DNA of 64,000 nucleotides from Ptychomitrium polyphyllum (lineage: Eukaryota): contig OZ316775.1 in the NCBI GenBank assembly GCA_973851085.1, positions 5,828,001 to 5,892,000 on the forward strand, in the 5' to 3' direction. Shown here piece after piece: positions 22,781 through 37,044 of this stretch. The position numbers and the translations under genes were made by a program. Position 1 is the first letter of the stretch; the number at the start of each line of letters is the position of its first letter. Below the pieces are notes generated by a model. That model saw nothing but the letters and a program-made list of their open reading frames with translations, was not told the origin of the DNA and made no database searches.

Positions 22781-25700
22781 ATGAAGTTCATGAGGTTGGG
22801 GTCGAGGTCCGATTTCTTTTCCACTCGCGGCAACATCACGTAAGTTCTACCCATTAAGTTCTTGATTGTGTGTCCTTCCATTTGCATTCATGCAGACATT
22901 CTGATGCAATTTCTTGACATGTGAGATACTCGTATTCTCTAAATGATGGTACACCAGCCTGTAGACAACATTATGCTATCGAAGCTGTACAATAAATTCA
23001 CGATCTAATAACATCCTTCAATTTTTTCTTGTTTGGGATAAACATCACTTAGACATGCGTCATTTTCATTCTGACTCGGGAACATCTCCTGCTCGTGAAT
23101 TTGGTCAGAGAAATCGATTTAGGTGTTCACAATCACGTTATTGCGCTGCTTGACATCCCTCATTGCAAGGTGTGATAAAATGTATGCATGCGTTGTAGAA
23201 TATGATCTAACCTGCTCATGGACTCGAATTTGTTTGTGAATGGACCTCAGAATCAATTTAAAACACATGAAAGGGAGATGTTTTCAAGACGTGCTTTTTA
23301 AGTCGTCGCTGAATTTATGATGGTTCTGATCAAGAAATATGATGATCTTGTCACAATGCAGGTCGGTGAGAACGGGCCTTATGAGTGACTTTGTTCTGGA
23401 CGTGGATGGACACAAATTCAATCTTCACTTGGTATGGAAGTCGATCATCACTTAATTTCTGTTCCAAGTGTTTACAGAAGTTCAGTAATTATATGCATAT
23501 TTTCTTCCAAAGATCATGTCAATAACACGAATCTTATCAATTTAGATCTTCGTCACAGTCTATTGATATTGCCTGTTTATTGGAAGTGCCGTTGTGTGCT
23601 CAAGAAGATAGAAATATTACAAGGTGAAAATATTAGGGTTGAGTATGCAAGATCGTAATTTAAGTTTTACATTTTCTGGTGTTGACTTGACAGTTCCCAC
23701 TTTTGGCGAAGTGTGGGGCTCTGCATAAACTTGTCACTGCAGCAGTGGAAGCGGGTGAAGACGAAGTAAAGATCGAGGAGTTCCCTGGAAGCGCGGAATG
23801 TTTTGAAGTTTGTGCTAAGTTTTGCTATGGTATCACTATAACTCTTAATGCACACAATGTAGGTGAAGTCCGTTGTGGAGCAGAATATCTGAAGATGTCG
23901 GAGAATGTAGAGAAGAGTAACCTCATCTACAAGCTGGAAGTTTTCTTGAACTCATCGATCTTACGAGGCTGGAAGGACTCAATTATTTGTCTACGGAGCA
24001 GTAAAGATTATCAGCCCTGGTCTGAAGATTTGAATGTAAGCTGCAAACTTTTAAGCCCATGATTTCAGCCCATGTTTCCTCGATACTTTCAGCATTGGAA
24101 TCCTTTTACCTTTCTAGGCATCCAGTAAAAAATTCTGCGTAGGAAGTAAATTGCCTTGACTTGTATAGGAACTACACTCTCTATACATTTAGATTATTAC
24201 TTTATCAATGTAACTGAGAAACTAATTTTCGAGACTTGTCCTATCTATTTATTATGAACCCTGAGGCTTTCTCGGGTTTCCTAAATTTTCATGGTTGCGG
24301 TACTGGTGATTAGATAATCAAACGATGCATCGAATCCATTTCCTCTAAAATGGTGGTCGATCCAGCCAAGGTGGACTGGTCGTTCTCATACTCAAGAGTT
24401 TCCATAGCACTGGACCACGTCTCGGTAAGCCAACCGAATAGTCCAGTCCTTTGGAGCGGAATGCAAGGATGCTCGTGGCTGTCCCCTGTGCCGAAGGACT
24501 GGTGGGTGGAGGATATCTGCGTTCTGGATACGGATCTCTTCTGGAGAGTCATGGTGACAGCGAAAGCGAAAGGCGTGGCGAATGATCTGGTGGCCGAAGC
24601 ACTCAAGGTTTATGCGCAACGGTGGTTACCAGGAGTATCTGATGAGCACACCATGGCCGATAGCACACGGGGGACAAGATTATCTGTACACGTAGATTAT
24701 GCACTAGAAGCTGAAAAACACAGACAAATGCTGGAGACCATTGTTTGTCTTCTTCCTGATGAAAAAGGCTCCTCCTCTTGCAGTTTCCTTCTGAAGTTGC
24801 TTAAGGCAGCAACAATCCTAAATGCCTCACCGATTTCGAAAGAAAAACTGGCAAGACGAGTTGGGTTGCAACTAGAGGAAGCGGTGTTGCGTGATTTGTT
24901 GATACCGTCTCTAGCGTACGTGAACGAGATGCATGATGTGGACTTGGTGATTCAAATTGTGGAACACTATCTGCTGCAGAATCAGAGTCCTCCAATGACT
25001 CCACCTTCTGAAAGAACAAAGGCGATCCCTGAGAGGCGAAGAACACGGTCAACAGAGAATTTTGAATCTCTTGAAAGTCGACAGACGACAGCTGTGACCC
25101 ACGACTCAAAGCATAAAGTGGCTAAGCTAATAGACAGCTATTTGGCTGAAATTGCTCGAGACCCCAACCTCTCTATTGCGAAATTCATGCAACTTGCCGA
25201 ATCCATTCCTGACTTGGCACGCCCGTTTCACGATGGGCTGTATCGCGCCATTGACATGTATCTCAAGGTCAGTCTACTAATCCGAAACCTATTGTGTCAA
25301 TTCATGAGTCTCGCTACTTGCTGCAGTAGTTCATTTGTTACTAATATCAGAAAATACAATTTTTGTTTATCAGCATAATGATGTACCTATAATTTTGGTT
25401 GAGGTGCAGTTAGGTAAGTTTGGGTCAAAGCCCTTGGAAATTATTAGTTTTACATTAGCATTATCCTTCTCTACGTAGCGCTGAACGTAAGTGATATGGC
25501 AGGAACATCCAAATCTACCAAAGGGTGACCGGAAGAAGTTGTGCAGACTGATGGACTGTCAAAAGTTGTCCATGGATGCGTGTATGCATGCTGCACAAAA
25601 CGAGCGCTTGCCCCTCCGCACTGTTGTGCAGGTAGGTGCACTGATAATTTCACACCATAGTTACACCTCTTAAAGATCCAAACTATATGTTTTATATAAT

Positions 25701-26233
25701 ATTCGATTCAGGCTACATATCTACAAACATTTCCAATTAAAATCCTCTCAAGTATTTAGCGATCCAGCTTGAGCTTTTCTCTGTGTCTGCAGGTGCTATT
25801 TTTCGAGCAAGTCCGAACAGCTGCAACTGGAGGGTATATTCTGAGTGACATGCCAGGCAGTATTCGTGCTCTAGTAGGCCAAGAATCCAGCGACGACAGA
25901 AGCCAGATGTCTGATATGCACACCGAAAATATCCCATCCGTCTCCGCTTCTGGTGACCATGGCTGCTATGTTCTGCACCAAGATTTCTCCACCTTGAAGG
26001 ATGAATTGACCCATCTAAAATCCCGAATTGCAGACGCAGAGAGCCGACAATCTTTCGCTCAAGACTCTTTGAAACCCGTTAAATTCAAAGGCATCTTTTC
26101 GAAGCCCAAGAAGTTTTTGCAAAAACTGTTCAGCAAGAAGGTGTCCAACTCCGCCTCCTCTAAGGACTCTGAAACTCAGTCTACAGTGCAGCCAGGAAAC
26201 TCCAGTCTACGGCGACGTCACTCCATGGTTTGA
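22781..26233 (+). CDS. BTB/POZ-NPH3 domain protein (NRL/NPY-like), six exons, ~664 aa
   Basis: Exons 22781-22839, 23362-23431, 23694-24035, 24314-25267, 25503-25631 and 25793-26233, all GT-AG and frame-consistent (1995 nt). Motifs: MKFMRLGS start, [28 protein letters not shown] (BTB), [48 protein letters not shown] (NPH3), C-terminal RRRHSMV. Confidence 0.93.
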
Positions 26234-28114
26234 GCAAGTAGCTACCAAATTTGTTCTACTCTCGACCAAACTCCCATTTTTATCACACTGTCACCGCATC
26301 AACAGAGTTGCCATGACCTGACGGTGGATATTACGTTGGTCGGCACAGCAGCAAAGTGCATCAGCGAGCATCTATCACGTACAGTAAATGAGCTCGCAAA
26401 TTGGTCATTTGAAGAATTCCTTTACAGTTCCAATCTGCAAAATGATAACATCAACACATGGAATATTCATTCTTCCATGGCCTTCATTCACACCTACAGG
26501 AACATTTGAAGCTGGGCGAAAGAGATGGCCACTCTACCTGTCGAGCGGAAAGTCCTTCAACACAAACATGGGATGTCTTTCCTCCTGAAGCCAAATTCAG
26601 CCAGTAGCTACTGCAATCCACCTTATGAATGTGTTCCAGCATCGTTCACCAATTGTGTTGAACATGAGATGAGATACTACCAGTGAACAAATCAAGAGAG
26701 ATCAGCAGGTGAAAGTGACGAACTGTTTGATTTAATTATGTTTCATTAGCCTATCATGTCCTGTGCTCCAAAGTGATGTACTATGTGTACCATACTGTTT
26801 CTCTTGTGTGCGAGCAGTTAAGCCGCCTAGAAATCAATGAGCATAGCTCTAGATCACACTAGAGGAGCAGGCCTAAAGCTTCTTGCATGCATATTGTACC
26901 AAATTGCATGCATACATTGCTTGCCTGCAATAAAACTGTGACACGTTTGGGTTACTGATGTAATTGTTTGTTGATGGTCTCTATATTGATTGATCAGGAG
27001 CCAGGATCATATGATCATGGCTAATCCAGTGTACTGTAACTGTTTTTGCAGTGATGTCGTCATTCCTGATTTTGATAACAGTGCAAAATCTTGGGATTAT
27101 ATATTGGCAGCTGCAGAAGTGAGCTCTTTCTGCCCTGCCGATCTTCTGAATGGCAGGACATACACATATGATCTGACACTCTGCTTGCTTCGGAAATGAC
27201 GGTTAATTTCTGCCACTGTTCGATACACCCCATGTGATTCGTGGCCTTCTGTCATGTGCTCACACATGCTGGTGTGCCTGCAGCTTGGCTGCCACACTCA
27301 TCTAGTGCAACCTTCAAACATACATCATCACATATTGACAGAAAAATTGGGATACAAAAAAGAAAACAAACATTTTATAAATAATTTGTAGTACAATAGA
27401 GCTTTGCAGTTGTATGATTGTGCTGCTGGGACCAGCTATACAGGTATGTCATAAACATGAGGACAGACAAAGAATGTACACAGGTACATACTCTTGCAAA
27501 GATGAAGTAGAAACAGGTGCTGTGAGCATTTTTGATAGAGCCCAAGTAACTGATTTTCAAATTTAACCTTGTCATGAGAAGGCCACATCAGATAGTGCTG
27601 TTTGAGTTGCACTCTTTCAATTGTCATGCGTGCTTCAATTTTGAGGTTGATTGAGAACTCAACAAACATGGGATTGTTAATGCTGTAGTTTTGAAGTTGA
27701 ATCAGAAGGGACTCAAAGTTATAAAATAACTGGTGAACTAAACATTGGAAGACTAAACATTTTTTGTGCTCAGGATCTGGTACTCAGATCACTTGGAATC
27801 TGGCTTATCCCAAGACAGGTCAATTCTCTTAGTCTGGTTTTCTTTCAATCAATTTTTAAGAGAGGTCCTGGGTCTCTTGTCCCCTGTTGTTTGTTCTTTG
27901 AGTGTAACAAACTTAGTTTGGTTGAAAACAGTAATAGTGAAATATTTTGAAAATTTTGAACTTGCAGTTAATGACAACTTTCCAAATTAGCTCTTTAGTT
28001 CTGGATTTTCTGGATTTTGAAGTGACTCAATTGGGAAAACTTGCCAAATAAATCCGCAATCTAATTATCTTTAAGTACTACGGGTAATCTAATTGCTGTC
28101 GATTCCCAAGAGAT

Positions 28115-31100
28115 CTCAATTGCCTTGGAACAGGTAGTGGTTGGAAAAGTCTATATGGTGGTGTCAAGGGTGGTTAGAAAAGTCTATATGGGTGGTATCA
28201 AGGGTTCCTAGATTGAGAACATGTATCACATGAGAATACAAAATCCTTAACGGCCTTCGATATTTGAAGTCACTAAAAGTTTTTGAGAAAAGTATTCCAA
28301 AGTCTTATTGAATTCAAAATGTCTAGCTATAGGAAAGTTATGATGTATTTGAAATACACAAAGGTGCATTGGTTCTTCAAAGTACAAGAGGTTGTCCTCA
28401 AATTTAACCTTATACACATCTTTAGGAAGATTATTGGAACAATGTTTAATACCAAGAACAAGAGGGTCTATGGTAAAAGCCGCATGAACATAGTTAAGGA
28501 ATTGATGAATCCATTGGGACTAAAACAATAGTTGTATGTATACAAAATCAATCAAGCTGCAACAGAGTTGCTTGTTGTTAATTGTGTACTTCCACTTGCA
28601 CCTCCAATGCAAGATATGATTGCATCTTTTGTATTTCCTTTGACTATCTTTGCTATTTTCTGGGTTAATATGTAATGCAGAAATCAAATTAAAATAGAGA
28701 CATATTCCAACGAGCTTAGCAATGATTAATGACACAACTTGACATGAAATACTTAAGGTTCTTATAGTTTGTATGTATAATAAATGGCTGCATGGCACCT
28801 TTGAGTATGTGGTGCCATATTTGGAATGAATCTACAATTACAAAGAGTCCTTGTTGCGGATCTTATAATTAATTTTTATAGCTGAATTTTTTGGAGTAGA
28901 ATGAAACCAAGTGAAGTCTCCCCTCTTTTCCTAGTGATAAAATTGCTCTTAATGCAAAGTCAAAATTGTTTGTCTCCATATAAAATAGCTTCAAAAAGTC
29001 TAGATGGACCAAAATAGGAATTGTGATAAAATCTTCTTTAGACTTTGGAATGCATCCTTGGCATTAAGTCCTAACTCAAGCTTTTCCCTGCATGTTAGTT
29101 GTGTGAGTGGAGTGGCTTTTTGGAAATAGTCCTTGATGAAGATCCTATAGAAGTTTACAAATCTAAGAAAGCATTGAATATCATATATTAATTTTGGCTT
29201 CATCCAATTATTGATTTCTTTTACCTTCTTAGAATCCATTAACAAATTTTTATGGGAGATGATATAACCAAGGAATTCCACTTGAAGCTTGTGCAAAACA
29301 CATTTCTCCAGCTTGGCGTACAATTTAGCTCCTTGTAGTTTTTATTAGATTTTGTGGACTTGTCATTCATGCCTCCTAGGTTCTTTGAGTATATTAAGAT
29401 TTCATCCAAATAGCTTATAATAAAGTCATTGGGATACTTGCAAAATATATCATTCATCAAATGTTGAAAAATGGCGAGTGCATTGATAAGTTTAAAAGAC
29501 ATAACATTATACTTAAAATGAATAGACCTTGTTCACAATGTTGTCTTCCATTTATTTCCTTCTTTAATGTGCACAAGGTTGCAGTTCTTTTGCATATTCA
29601 TTTTAATACAAATCTTTGCTTGGCCAAATTGATCAGGAAATCTAAATATTAGGGGGAATGGATTGGTTTTTCATTATTTATTTGTTGAGGCTGCAATAAT
29701 CAAAATACATCCGTAAAAATCCATCTTTCTTCTTTATAAAAAGTATTACACTACCAACATGAGACTTTGTTGAATGAAGCTTTTGGCTAAGTTTTCATCA
29801 TTATACTCCTTCAATGCCAAAAGCTCATTTTGGGACAAGTTATAGTTAGGTTTAAATAGTGATTGAGCTCTTTTGTACAGATCAATGGAACAATTATAGG
29901 AACAATGTTTTAGTAGGCTATTTACATTTTTTTTTTTAAATACACCTTAGAACTCCATATATATTTTAAGAATGGTTGATGATGAAGCCACTTCTTTAGG
30001 CGTTGGAGTCTTATAAACAATAAAAGAAGTGCTTTTTTTTGCTACCTTCACAAATGCTTTAGTTTCAACAAAGAAAGGTTTTATGGTTTTAAGTTTGTGA
30101 AATGCATGAGCTTTTTCTTTAGGCTTGGTAGTTACAAGTTTTGGTATAGGAAATTCCATTTTACAGGATATTCAATCTATGTGCGGGTTGTATTTTTTAA
30201 CCAAAAGAGTTTTAGAATGACAAAATACAATGAAGACCTAATGACATTAAACATCACTTGGTTATTATGGTTATTTGACGTTATTTTTAATGAGGTGGTC
30301 TCAAGAATAATATCTTCAAATGATAAAGGTTGGCCATTTATGATTTTTATATGGATAAGCTTGAGCTTTTTAAAAATTCATTATCAATAAAGCAAGCAGA
30401 GGCTCCCGAATCCAGTAAAACTAGGTTTAAAAATCTTTGAACATGTAAACAAATATGTATACTAAAACAGAAAGAAAGATGCGCTAATAGTACAAGACCT
30501 TATTTTACTTATAAAGGAAGAAAATTTGATTGTATAGTTCCTACTGTCGTTATTTTCTTGCAAAGCATTTGGCATTATGGTTATATTCTTCATCTAATAT
30601 GTACGTAAGGATTTTTTGAGACAATTATCAAAATTTTGGCTCAATTTTTCCATTGTACAAGCATAAGCCTTGTTTCTTTCAACGTTTTTTTTTGTATTTG
30701 TTAATGAGCTTCAAGCAAACGCCATCAATTTGTTTGGCCTCTACTTCCAAATATTCATTAAAAATACATGGATCAAAAACTACCATGAAATTAGTATATA
30801 ATTAAGACGTAATCAAAGCCCGTTTATCTTACTAGTGTTGAAATAGATGGTTGTTGTACTTTAAAATTTGGTACATGATTTCATCAAGTATATGGAAATC
30901 TAGCATATACAATAATAAATCCTTAAATTCATCACATATGCCTCAATGAAACTAATTCATCAAAGCTTCATCTCTACAATTACTATTGTATGTAAATTGC
31001 CAAAATTCCAAAGCATAGATTGACATCAAACGTGGTCCTTAGTACATAACTAAATTCTTAGTGGTTACAAAATAAAGCTTGTCATTTTCACCAAATGCTT

Positions 31101-31210
31101 CTACAAACATAGCTAGGAATAAATCAAAGTTGTTAGATATGAAAGAATTCTACTTAGAAAGTGATATAAAACCATGACAACAATTGTTTTGATAGCAAAG
31201 ACTACTAAGA
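28115..31210 (-). mobile_element. Heavily degenerate, truncated chromovirus-type Gypsy relic (gag-PR-RT-RH-start of IN)
   Basis: Minus-strand fragments: gag (LLSWFISL..FVEAFGENDK), RT ([35 protein letters not shown]), RNase H and IN zinc-finger remnants, with many stops. No LTRs recognised; boundaries approximate. Confidence 0.8.
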
Positions 31211-31404
31211 AGTGGTTTATGCATTAGTAGCCAAAGGTTTTAAAAGTCTAGCAGGTCTGCAATGGCAACAATTTGTTTAATAAAGTGGTGCTTTTCTTTG
31301 AAGATCCTAATCTTTACTTGCAATAGATCTAGTGCCTTTAATAACGGGTATTATACCTGGTGCTACCAAACTTTCTCTACCAATCTTCTCCTATCAGTAC
31401 TATT

Positions 31405-31941
31405 TGTTAGGGACACAAGAATCAAGGAGCAAAAACGAAGTGTTTCCCAAGAATTAGCTTCCAAAGAGCTAATGATTAACAAGAACTTGATACAAAGACT
31501 AGAACAAGGCAAGATTCAAGATGATCCACAACTTGTGTTGGCAAGACTAAGGAATACCTTGTCTTGCCTCCTATTTATACTATGACGTTTGTATCTCCTA
31601 GGATACTTCTAAAGAAGCTTTCTACAAGGCTTAAGAACGTTCTGGAAGTCTAGGGAACCTTCTAAGAAGTTTCCTAAGATGTTGGAACCTTCCTAAGAAG
31701 CTTCCAAGGAGTTGGAACCTTCCTTGGAAGTTTTCTAAGGTAGCGGAACCTTCCTAGGAAATTACTTAAGATGATAATTTCCTTAGGAAGTTTCCTAAAC
31801 TGGAGGAACTTTCCTAGGAAGCTTCCTAAGGACATGGAAAGACCATGGAGACATCTAAAAGTATTCTAAAAATCTATTATAGTATACTACAAGGTTCTAG
31901 AATGTTCTAATGACTATGTTGCATAATCTATGTCCGTGACA
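31405..31941 (-). repeat. 3' LTR of chromovirus copy A
   Basis: Minus strand reads TGTCACGGAC...CCCTAACA, with the PPT adjacent at 31942-31955; reverse complement of 54281-54817 except for the last 7 nt. Confidence 0.93.
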
Positions 31942-32595
31942 TCACCTCCCCATTTAGCAATGAGTTCCACGAGGAGCTCTCTTCATGGCTTGCTTGTCAC
32001 ATTTCTACAAATTCCAACATTTGTCCAAGGAATGAAGCAACATACTCCGCTCGTTGTTCTTTGTTCACTAGTTCAATTGGTCCTTGCAAGTAGCGCCGAT
32101 GGCCACCAGCCAAGACTTCTGTTGTTAAAATGTCCCATCCCAAGATCTGATTTTTATTAAGTCCTTCAAAACAACCTCCAAACAAGATTTCGGGTCCTCT
32201 AGAAGTGACTCTTCTAATTTCTAACAAGATGACTAGAGCGCGAGCATCTGAATCAAGACTGGAATGTGAAGGGCGACTAGTCAATACTTCTGCACAAGGT
32301 CGTACTCGACGTTGGGATGTCCCTCTCATATCTTGACTTAGATCCTCCGTTACCGAGGGCTGAGAAAGTTAAGTTGGCTCAATAGATGCTGTTGTTGATG
32401 AAGGCATGGCCGACTGCTCTTCACGCATATCCATGATAACACAAAGATTTGACATATTGGCTAGGATCTAGAAATGATCTATCTTGGAATTAATGTTGCA
32501 TACAATTGGAGGTTTGGATATCTCTCCTCCCTTCTTATACTTGTCTATGAAGGAAAAACTTCTTTGTGAAGCTAATGGCTATTGATCACACATCA

Positions 32596-35500
32596 TCACT
32601 GACCTGGTTTTTGAGGATATCTTTGATGAAATTTGCGTACCTTCTTGGATGCATTTGTTACATTTGTTGAAGGTTCCCATGTTCGGTCATTGATGCCATA
32701 TCCTTGCCAATGTATAAGGTACTCCACACGTCCGTTCTTGATGCGTGAATCTAAGATCTCTTCCATTTCATATTCAATTTCATTTTTGATTTCCAACGGA
32801 GGAGGCGGAGGGACAATTCTCTTTGGTATACATGATTTGTTATAAGTTTCCAACAACGATACGTGGAATACTGGATGAATTTGCATGCTTGGTGGTAGCT
32901 TTAGGCGATAATTAACCGGATTTATCTGTTTGCTGATTTCAAACGGTCCCAGCCTTTGATAGTCCAACTTCTTTGATGGTCTTTTTGTTTGTATGTTTTG
33001 TTGTAGGAGCCATACGCTATCTCCAACCTTGAACTTTGGATGGTCCTTTCGATGGCGACCTGCATAAGTTTTGTAACGATCTTGAGCTTGTTGTAACTGG
33101 AATGTAATTTCTTGATGGATTTTAGCAAGTTGTATTGCAAAATCCTCTGCTGCAGGACTTCCAACATGCTTCACTTGAAATGGATCTGCTCGAGGATGAT
33201 GGCCATAGTTTGCAAAGATGGACTTTGAATTGTTGAAGAATGCATCGTATTGTTATAAGCAAATTTTGCCAAAGGCAAGAGATCCATCTAGTTGTCTTGC
33301 TGGTAGTTTATGCTACAACAAAGGTACTGTTCCAAAATTTGATTCACACGTTCGGTTTGGCCATCAGTTTGCGGATGGTGTGTTGAAGAAAGATTGATCT
33401 TTACACGCAACAGCTGGAATAGAGCCCTCCAAAAGTTGGAAATGAATTGTGGCCCTCGATCGGATACAATATCATCTGGTAGTCCATGTATGCGGTAGAC
33501 GTGATCTAGGAATAACTTGGCAGTTTCTTCTCCCGTTACCGTCTTGTTGCATGGAATGGAATGTGCTAGTTTGGTAAATCGATCCACCACTACCAAAATA
33601 GAATCCTTAGAATCGGAATTTGGAAGGTCCGTGATAAAATCCATTGATAAAGACAACCATGGGCTCTTTAGCATTGGAAGCAAATGGAGGAGACCATGAG
33701 GTTGGTGCCTTGGTACCTTGGCTCTTGCACAAATGTCGCATGATCGAACAAAGTCCTTCACGTACTTCTACATTTGTGGCCACCAATAGTCTCTAGCAAT
33801 CAACTCCATTGTTTTATTGAATCCAGAATGTCCTGCTGCTGGAAAATCATGACGTGCTTGAAGGATCTTTAACCGCAAAGGGCTTGGAGGTAGGTACAAA
33901 AGTCCTTTATAATAAAGTAGGCCCTCTTGGAATTCGAAGTCCTCATCGCTATTTAAAGGGTCTCCATTGTCTTTGAGGCGCTTCTTTATATTTGAAACAA
34001 AGACGTCATTCTTCAAAGCCTTCCAAATTTTGTCAAGATGGGATGTTGTCGTAATAATTGTTGCTTTCAATTGAAGATTCTCTAGTTTCAATAAAATAGT
34101 CCTTTATTGATTCAAAACATCATCTCCAGATTGAGGAGCTAAATAAGATCTTCAAAATAAAGCATTTGGCCTACCTTGTAAGCTACCAGATCGATAGGTA
34201 ATGACAAAGTCAAATTTGGAAAGTGACATATTCCACCTTGCTTGACGGCGATTCAAAACACGCGCACTCATGAAATACTCCAAGTTCTTGTGGTCTGTGT
34301 ATATTGGATGGTATGTTGAGCTCCTTCCAATAAGTGTCGCCATTCTTCAAACGCATCCACAATTGCAAGTAGTTCTTTATCATGTATGTCATAGTTGATC
34401 TCTGCCGCTGATAACTTCCTTGAACAAAAAGCAAGAAGGTGAAGTCTTCCGTCTTCATCATATTGTGAGAGTATTGAGCTAAGCGCAAAATCTGAGGCAT
34501 CCGCTTCCAAATAGAAAGGCTTTGATGGATTTGGATGAATAAGAATTGGAGCCGACGTGAATGACTTCTTAAGACTTTGAAATGCTTTTTCCGCCTCTTC
34601 ATCCCAAATGAATTTTTGCTTCTCCGTAAGACGTGTTAATGGTGCCGCAATCTTGGAATAATTCTTGATGAATATTTTGTAGAAGTTTGCAAATTCCAAG
34701 AAGCATTGAACATCTTGAATTGATCTTGGCGTACTCCACTCCATGACAGTGCTTATTTTTTTCTTATCCATATGGATTCCTCCTTTGGAAATAATGTAGC
34801 CTAAAAATTCAACAAAGGATTCATGGAAAAGACACTTCTCCAATTTGGCATATAATCCTCACTGGCGTAGTTTTTCTAAGACCAATCGCACATGACATTT
34901 GTGGTCTTGTTCATCCTTTGAATATATCAGAATGTCATCTAAGTAGATGACTATAAAATCATCCAGATGTTCATGAAAGATATCATTCATCATATGTTGG
35001 AAGACTGCGGGGGCATTAGTAAGGCCAAAAGGCATGACATTGTATTCAAAATGACTATACCTAGATCAAAAAGCTGTCTTCCATTCGTCTCCTTCTTTGA
35101 TGCGTACAAGATTATAGGCTCCTCTAAGATCAATTTTGGTGAATATCTTTGCTTGGCCAAGTTCACGCACATACGTAATAATCCATCTTTCTTCTTTACA
35201 AATAGAATGGGTGGTCCAGCAGGTGATTTAGAGTGTTGAATGAAACCCTTTCCAAGGTTTTCATCAATATATTCTCTCAAGGCAACCAACTCAATTTGTG
35301 ATAAGTTATAAATAGGTCCAAAAGGTGGTTGGGCTCCTTCTTGCAACTCAATGGTACAATCGTAAGGCCGGTGCTTTGGTAACATGTCCGCATTCTTTTT
35401 TTCAAAAACGTCTTTATAATCTTGATATTGACAAGGTATATTTTGATTAGTTTCTATTATAGAGCTAGACATTGGCGTGGCATAAACGGCATAGATTGGT

Positions 35501-36193
35501 TCATCCTTTGCCGCTCTCATAAATGCTTTAGCTCCAATAAATGATGGTCCAAGATTTCTCGTACCTTGACGTCTTTTCCTTGAGACCACATTCCGTGAGC
35601 GCCAATCAATATCTGGATTATGTAATTCAAACCAAGGAAGGCCCAAAACAATAGGATTTGTTCGGCATTGAATGATGTTGAAGACAATCTTAGATGTCTG
35701 GTCTCCTAAAACAACCTCCAAGGGTTGAGTTTCTTCAATAACGTTGCTAGACGCAAGAGATCATCCATCAATAACTTCAACAGGTGTAGGATATTTTTTC
35801 TTCACAAGCATCATGTGATGTTTGGTTGCAAAATCCTTGTCCATAAAACATGCCGTTGCACCAGTGTCTAAAAGAGCCTCGCTAATTATTTCATCATCTA
35901 ACAATTTAATTTTGATAGGAAATATGAAATAAGAGGTAGGGCTTGAAGGTAGTAAGAGACCTTGATTTGATGGTGGTTTCCTTGTGGTGTCCAGTTGCAT
36001 GGTCTCTACTGTGACTGGAGAGGCTCGTTTTCCAACTCCACCATTGTGCTTTGAGCCTTAGAGGCAAATCCTTTGATTTGGCAATTGCGCACTTTATGTC
36101 CAAACTTGCCACAATACAAACATAGGTTTTCTCTTTGACGCCTCTCTTTTTCTTGTGGAGTCAAACGTTTGAACTGGGCAGCATCAATTTGCA
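32596..36193 (-). pseudogene. Disrupted gag(3')-pol of chromovirus copy A (zinc knuckle, PR, RT, RH, IN, chromodomain)
   Basis: [73 protein letters not shown]; interrupted by stops and frameshifts. Confidence 0.9.
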
Positions 36194-36550
36194 AGTCTTC
36201 CAAGGAGTTGGAACCTTCCTTTGAAGTTTCATAAGATAGCGGAACCTTCTTAGGAAGTTTCTTAAAGAGGTAGAACCTTCTTAGGAAGTTTCCTGAGGTG
36301 GTTGAACTTTTTCAAGGAAGTTTCCGAAGGTGATGGAATCTTTCTAGGAAGTTTTCTAGGAAGTTACCTTAGATGGTAGAACCTTCCTAGGATGTTTTCT
36401 AAGGTGGAAGAACTTTCCTAGGAAGCTTCCCAAAAACATGGAAAGGCTATGGAGACATCTTAAAGTATTTTAAGAAGCTATTATAGTATACTAAAAGGTT
36501 CTATAATATTCTAAGGACTATGTTGCATGTTCTATGTCCGTGACACTATT

Positions 36551-37044
36551 GCACATCCTCCATTAATAATAATTGGATGGTAAGAAGTGATATATTAGTT
36601 TAGACAAACAGATGTAGATCTACTTTTGTAGGATCTTGGATCTAAGTTTTAAACCTTTAACCAAAAGAATCGAGGGTTTGTTGTATTTTGTTTTCTTCCA
36701 ATGAAATAAGTTATACACTCCATTCTTGTTCCTTATCAATTTTGTCTTTAAATGTGTGTTTATATGCAAGCATGTATAACCTAGCAAGTTCTATAGTAGT
36801 TTATAGATACTTTTTGATACTCCATTGTCTTTTCTATTCGGTAGTATAAACTATAAACTCATATATAGTGATCTTATCTTATTTATATGCTCCAATAAGG
36901 AATTACCTAGTCTTAGAATACTCAGTAGTTACCAATCCCAGTATTAGTATAGCTGACTTTCATTAGATAAGGATTTGTATTACAAAACTATTAACATAAT
37001 GTTCACTTAGTAGTTACTGATCTTAATTGTTATCTACCTTAATA
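36551..37044 (+). repeat. Major part of the host Gypsy 5' LTR
   Basis: Aligns ungapped to 58083-58576 with 11 mismatches in 494 nt (counted by eye). Confidence 0.92.

Larger units (their letters stand above)
31405..36545 (-). mobile_element. Chromovirus Gypsy (Tcn1/RLG1-like) copy A, 5'-deleted, inserted in the host 5' LTR
   Basis: Perfect TSD CTATT (31400-31404 and 36546-36550). 3' LTR 31405-31941 (TG..CA); 5' LTR fragment 36194-36545 fused to the end of gag. PR, RT, RH, IN and chromodomain fragments in ORFs between 32596 and 36203. Confidence 0.93.

Noticed and set aside
31405..36545. Copy A as a simple segmental duplication of copy B
   Set aside because: It has its own perfect TSD and a distinct 5' LTR fragment, indicating a separate integration.
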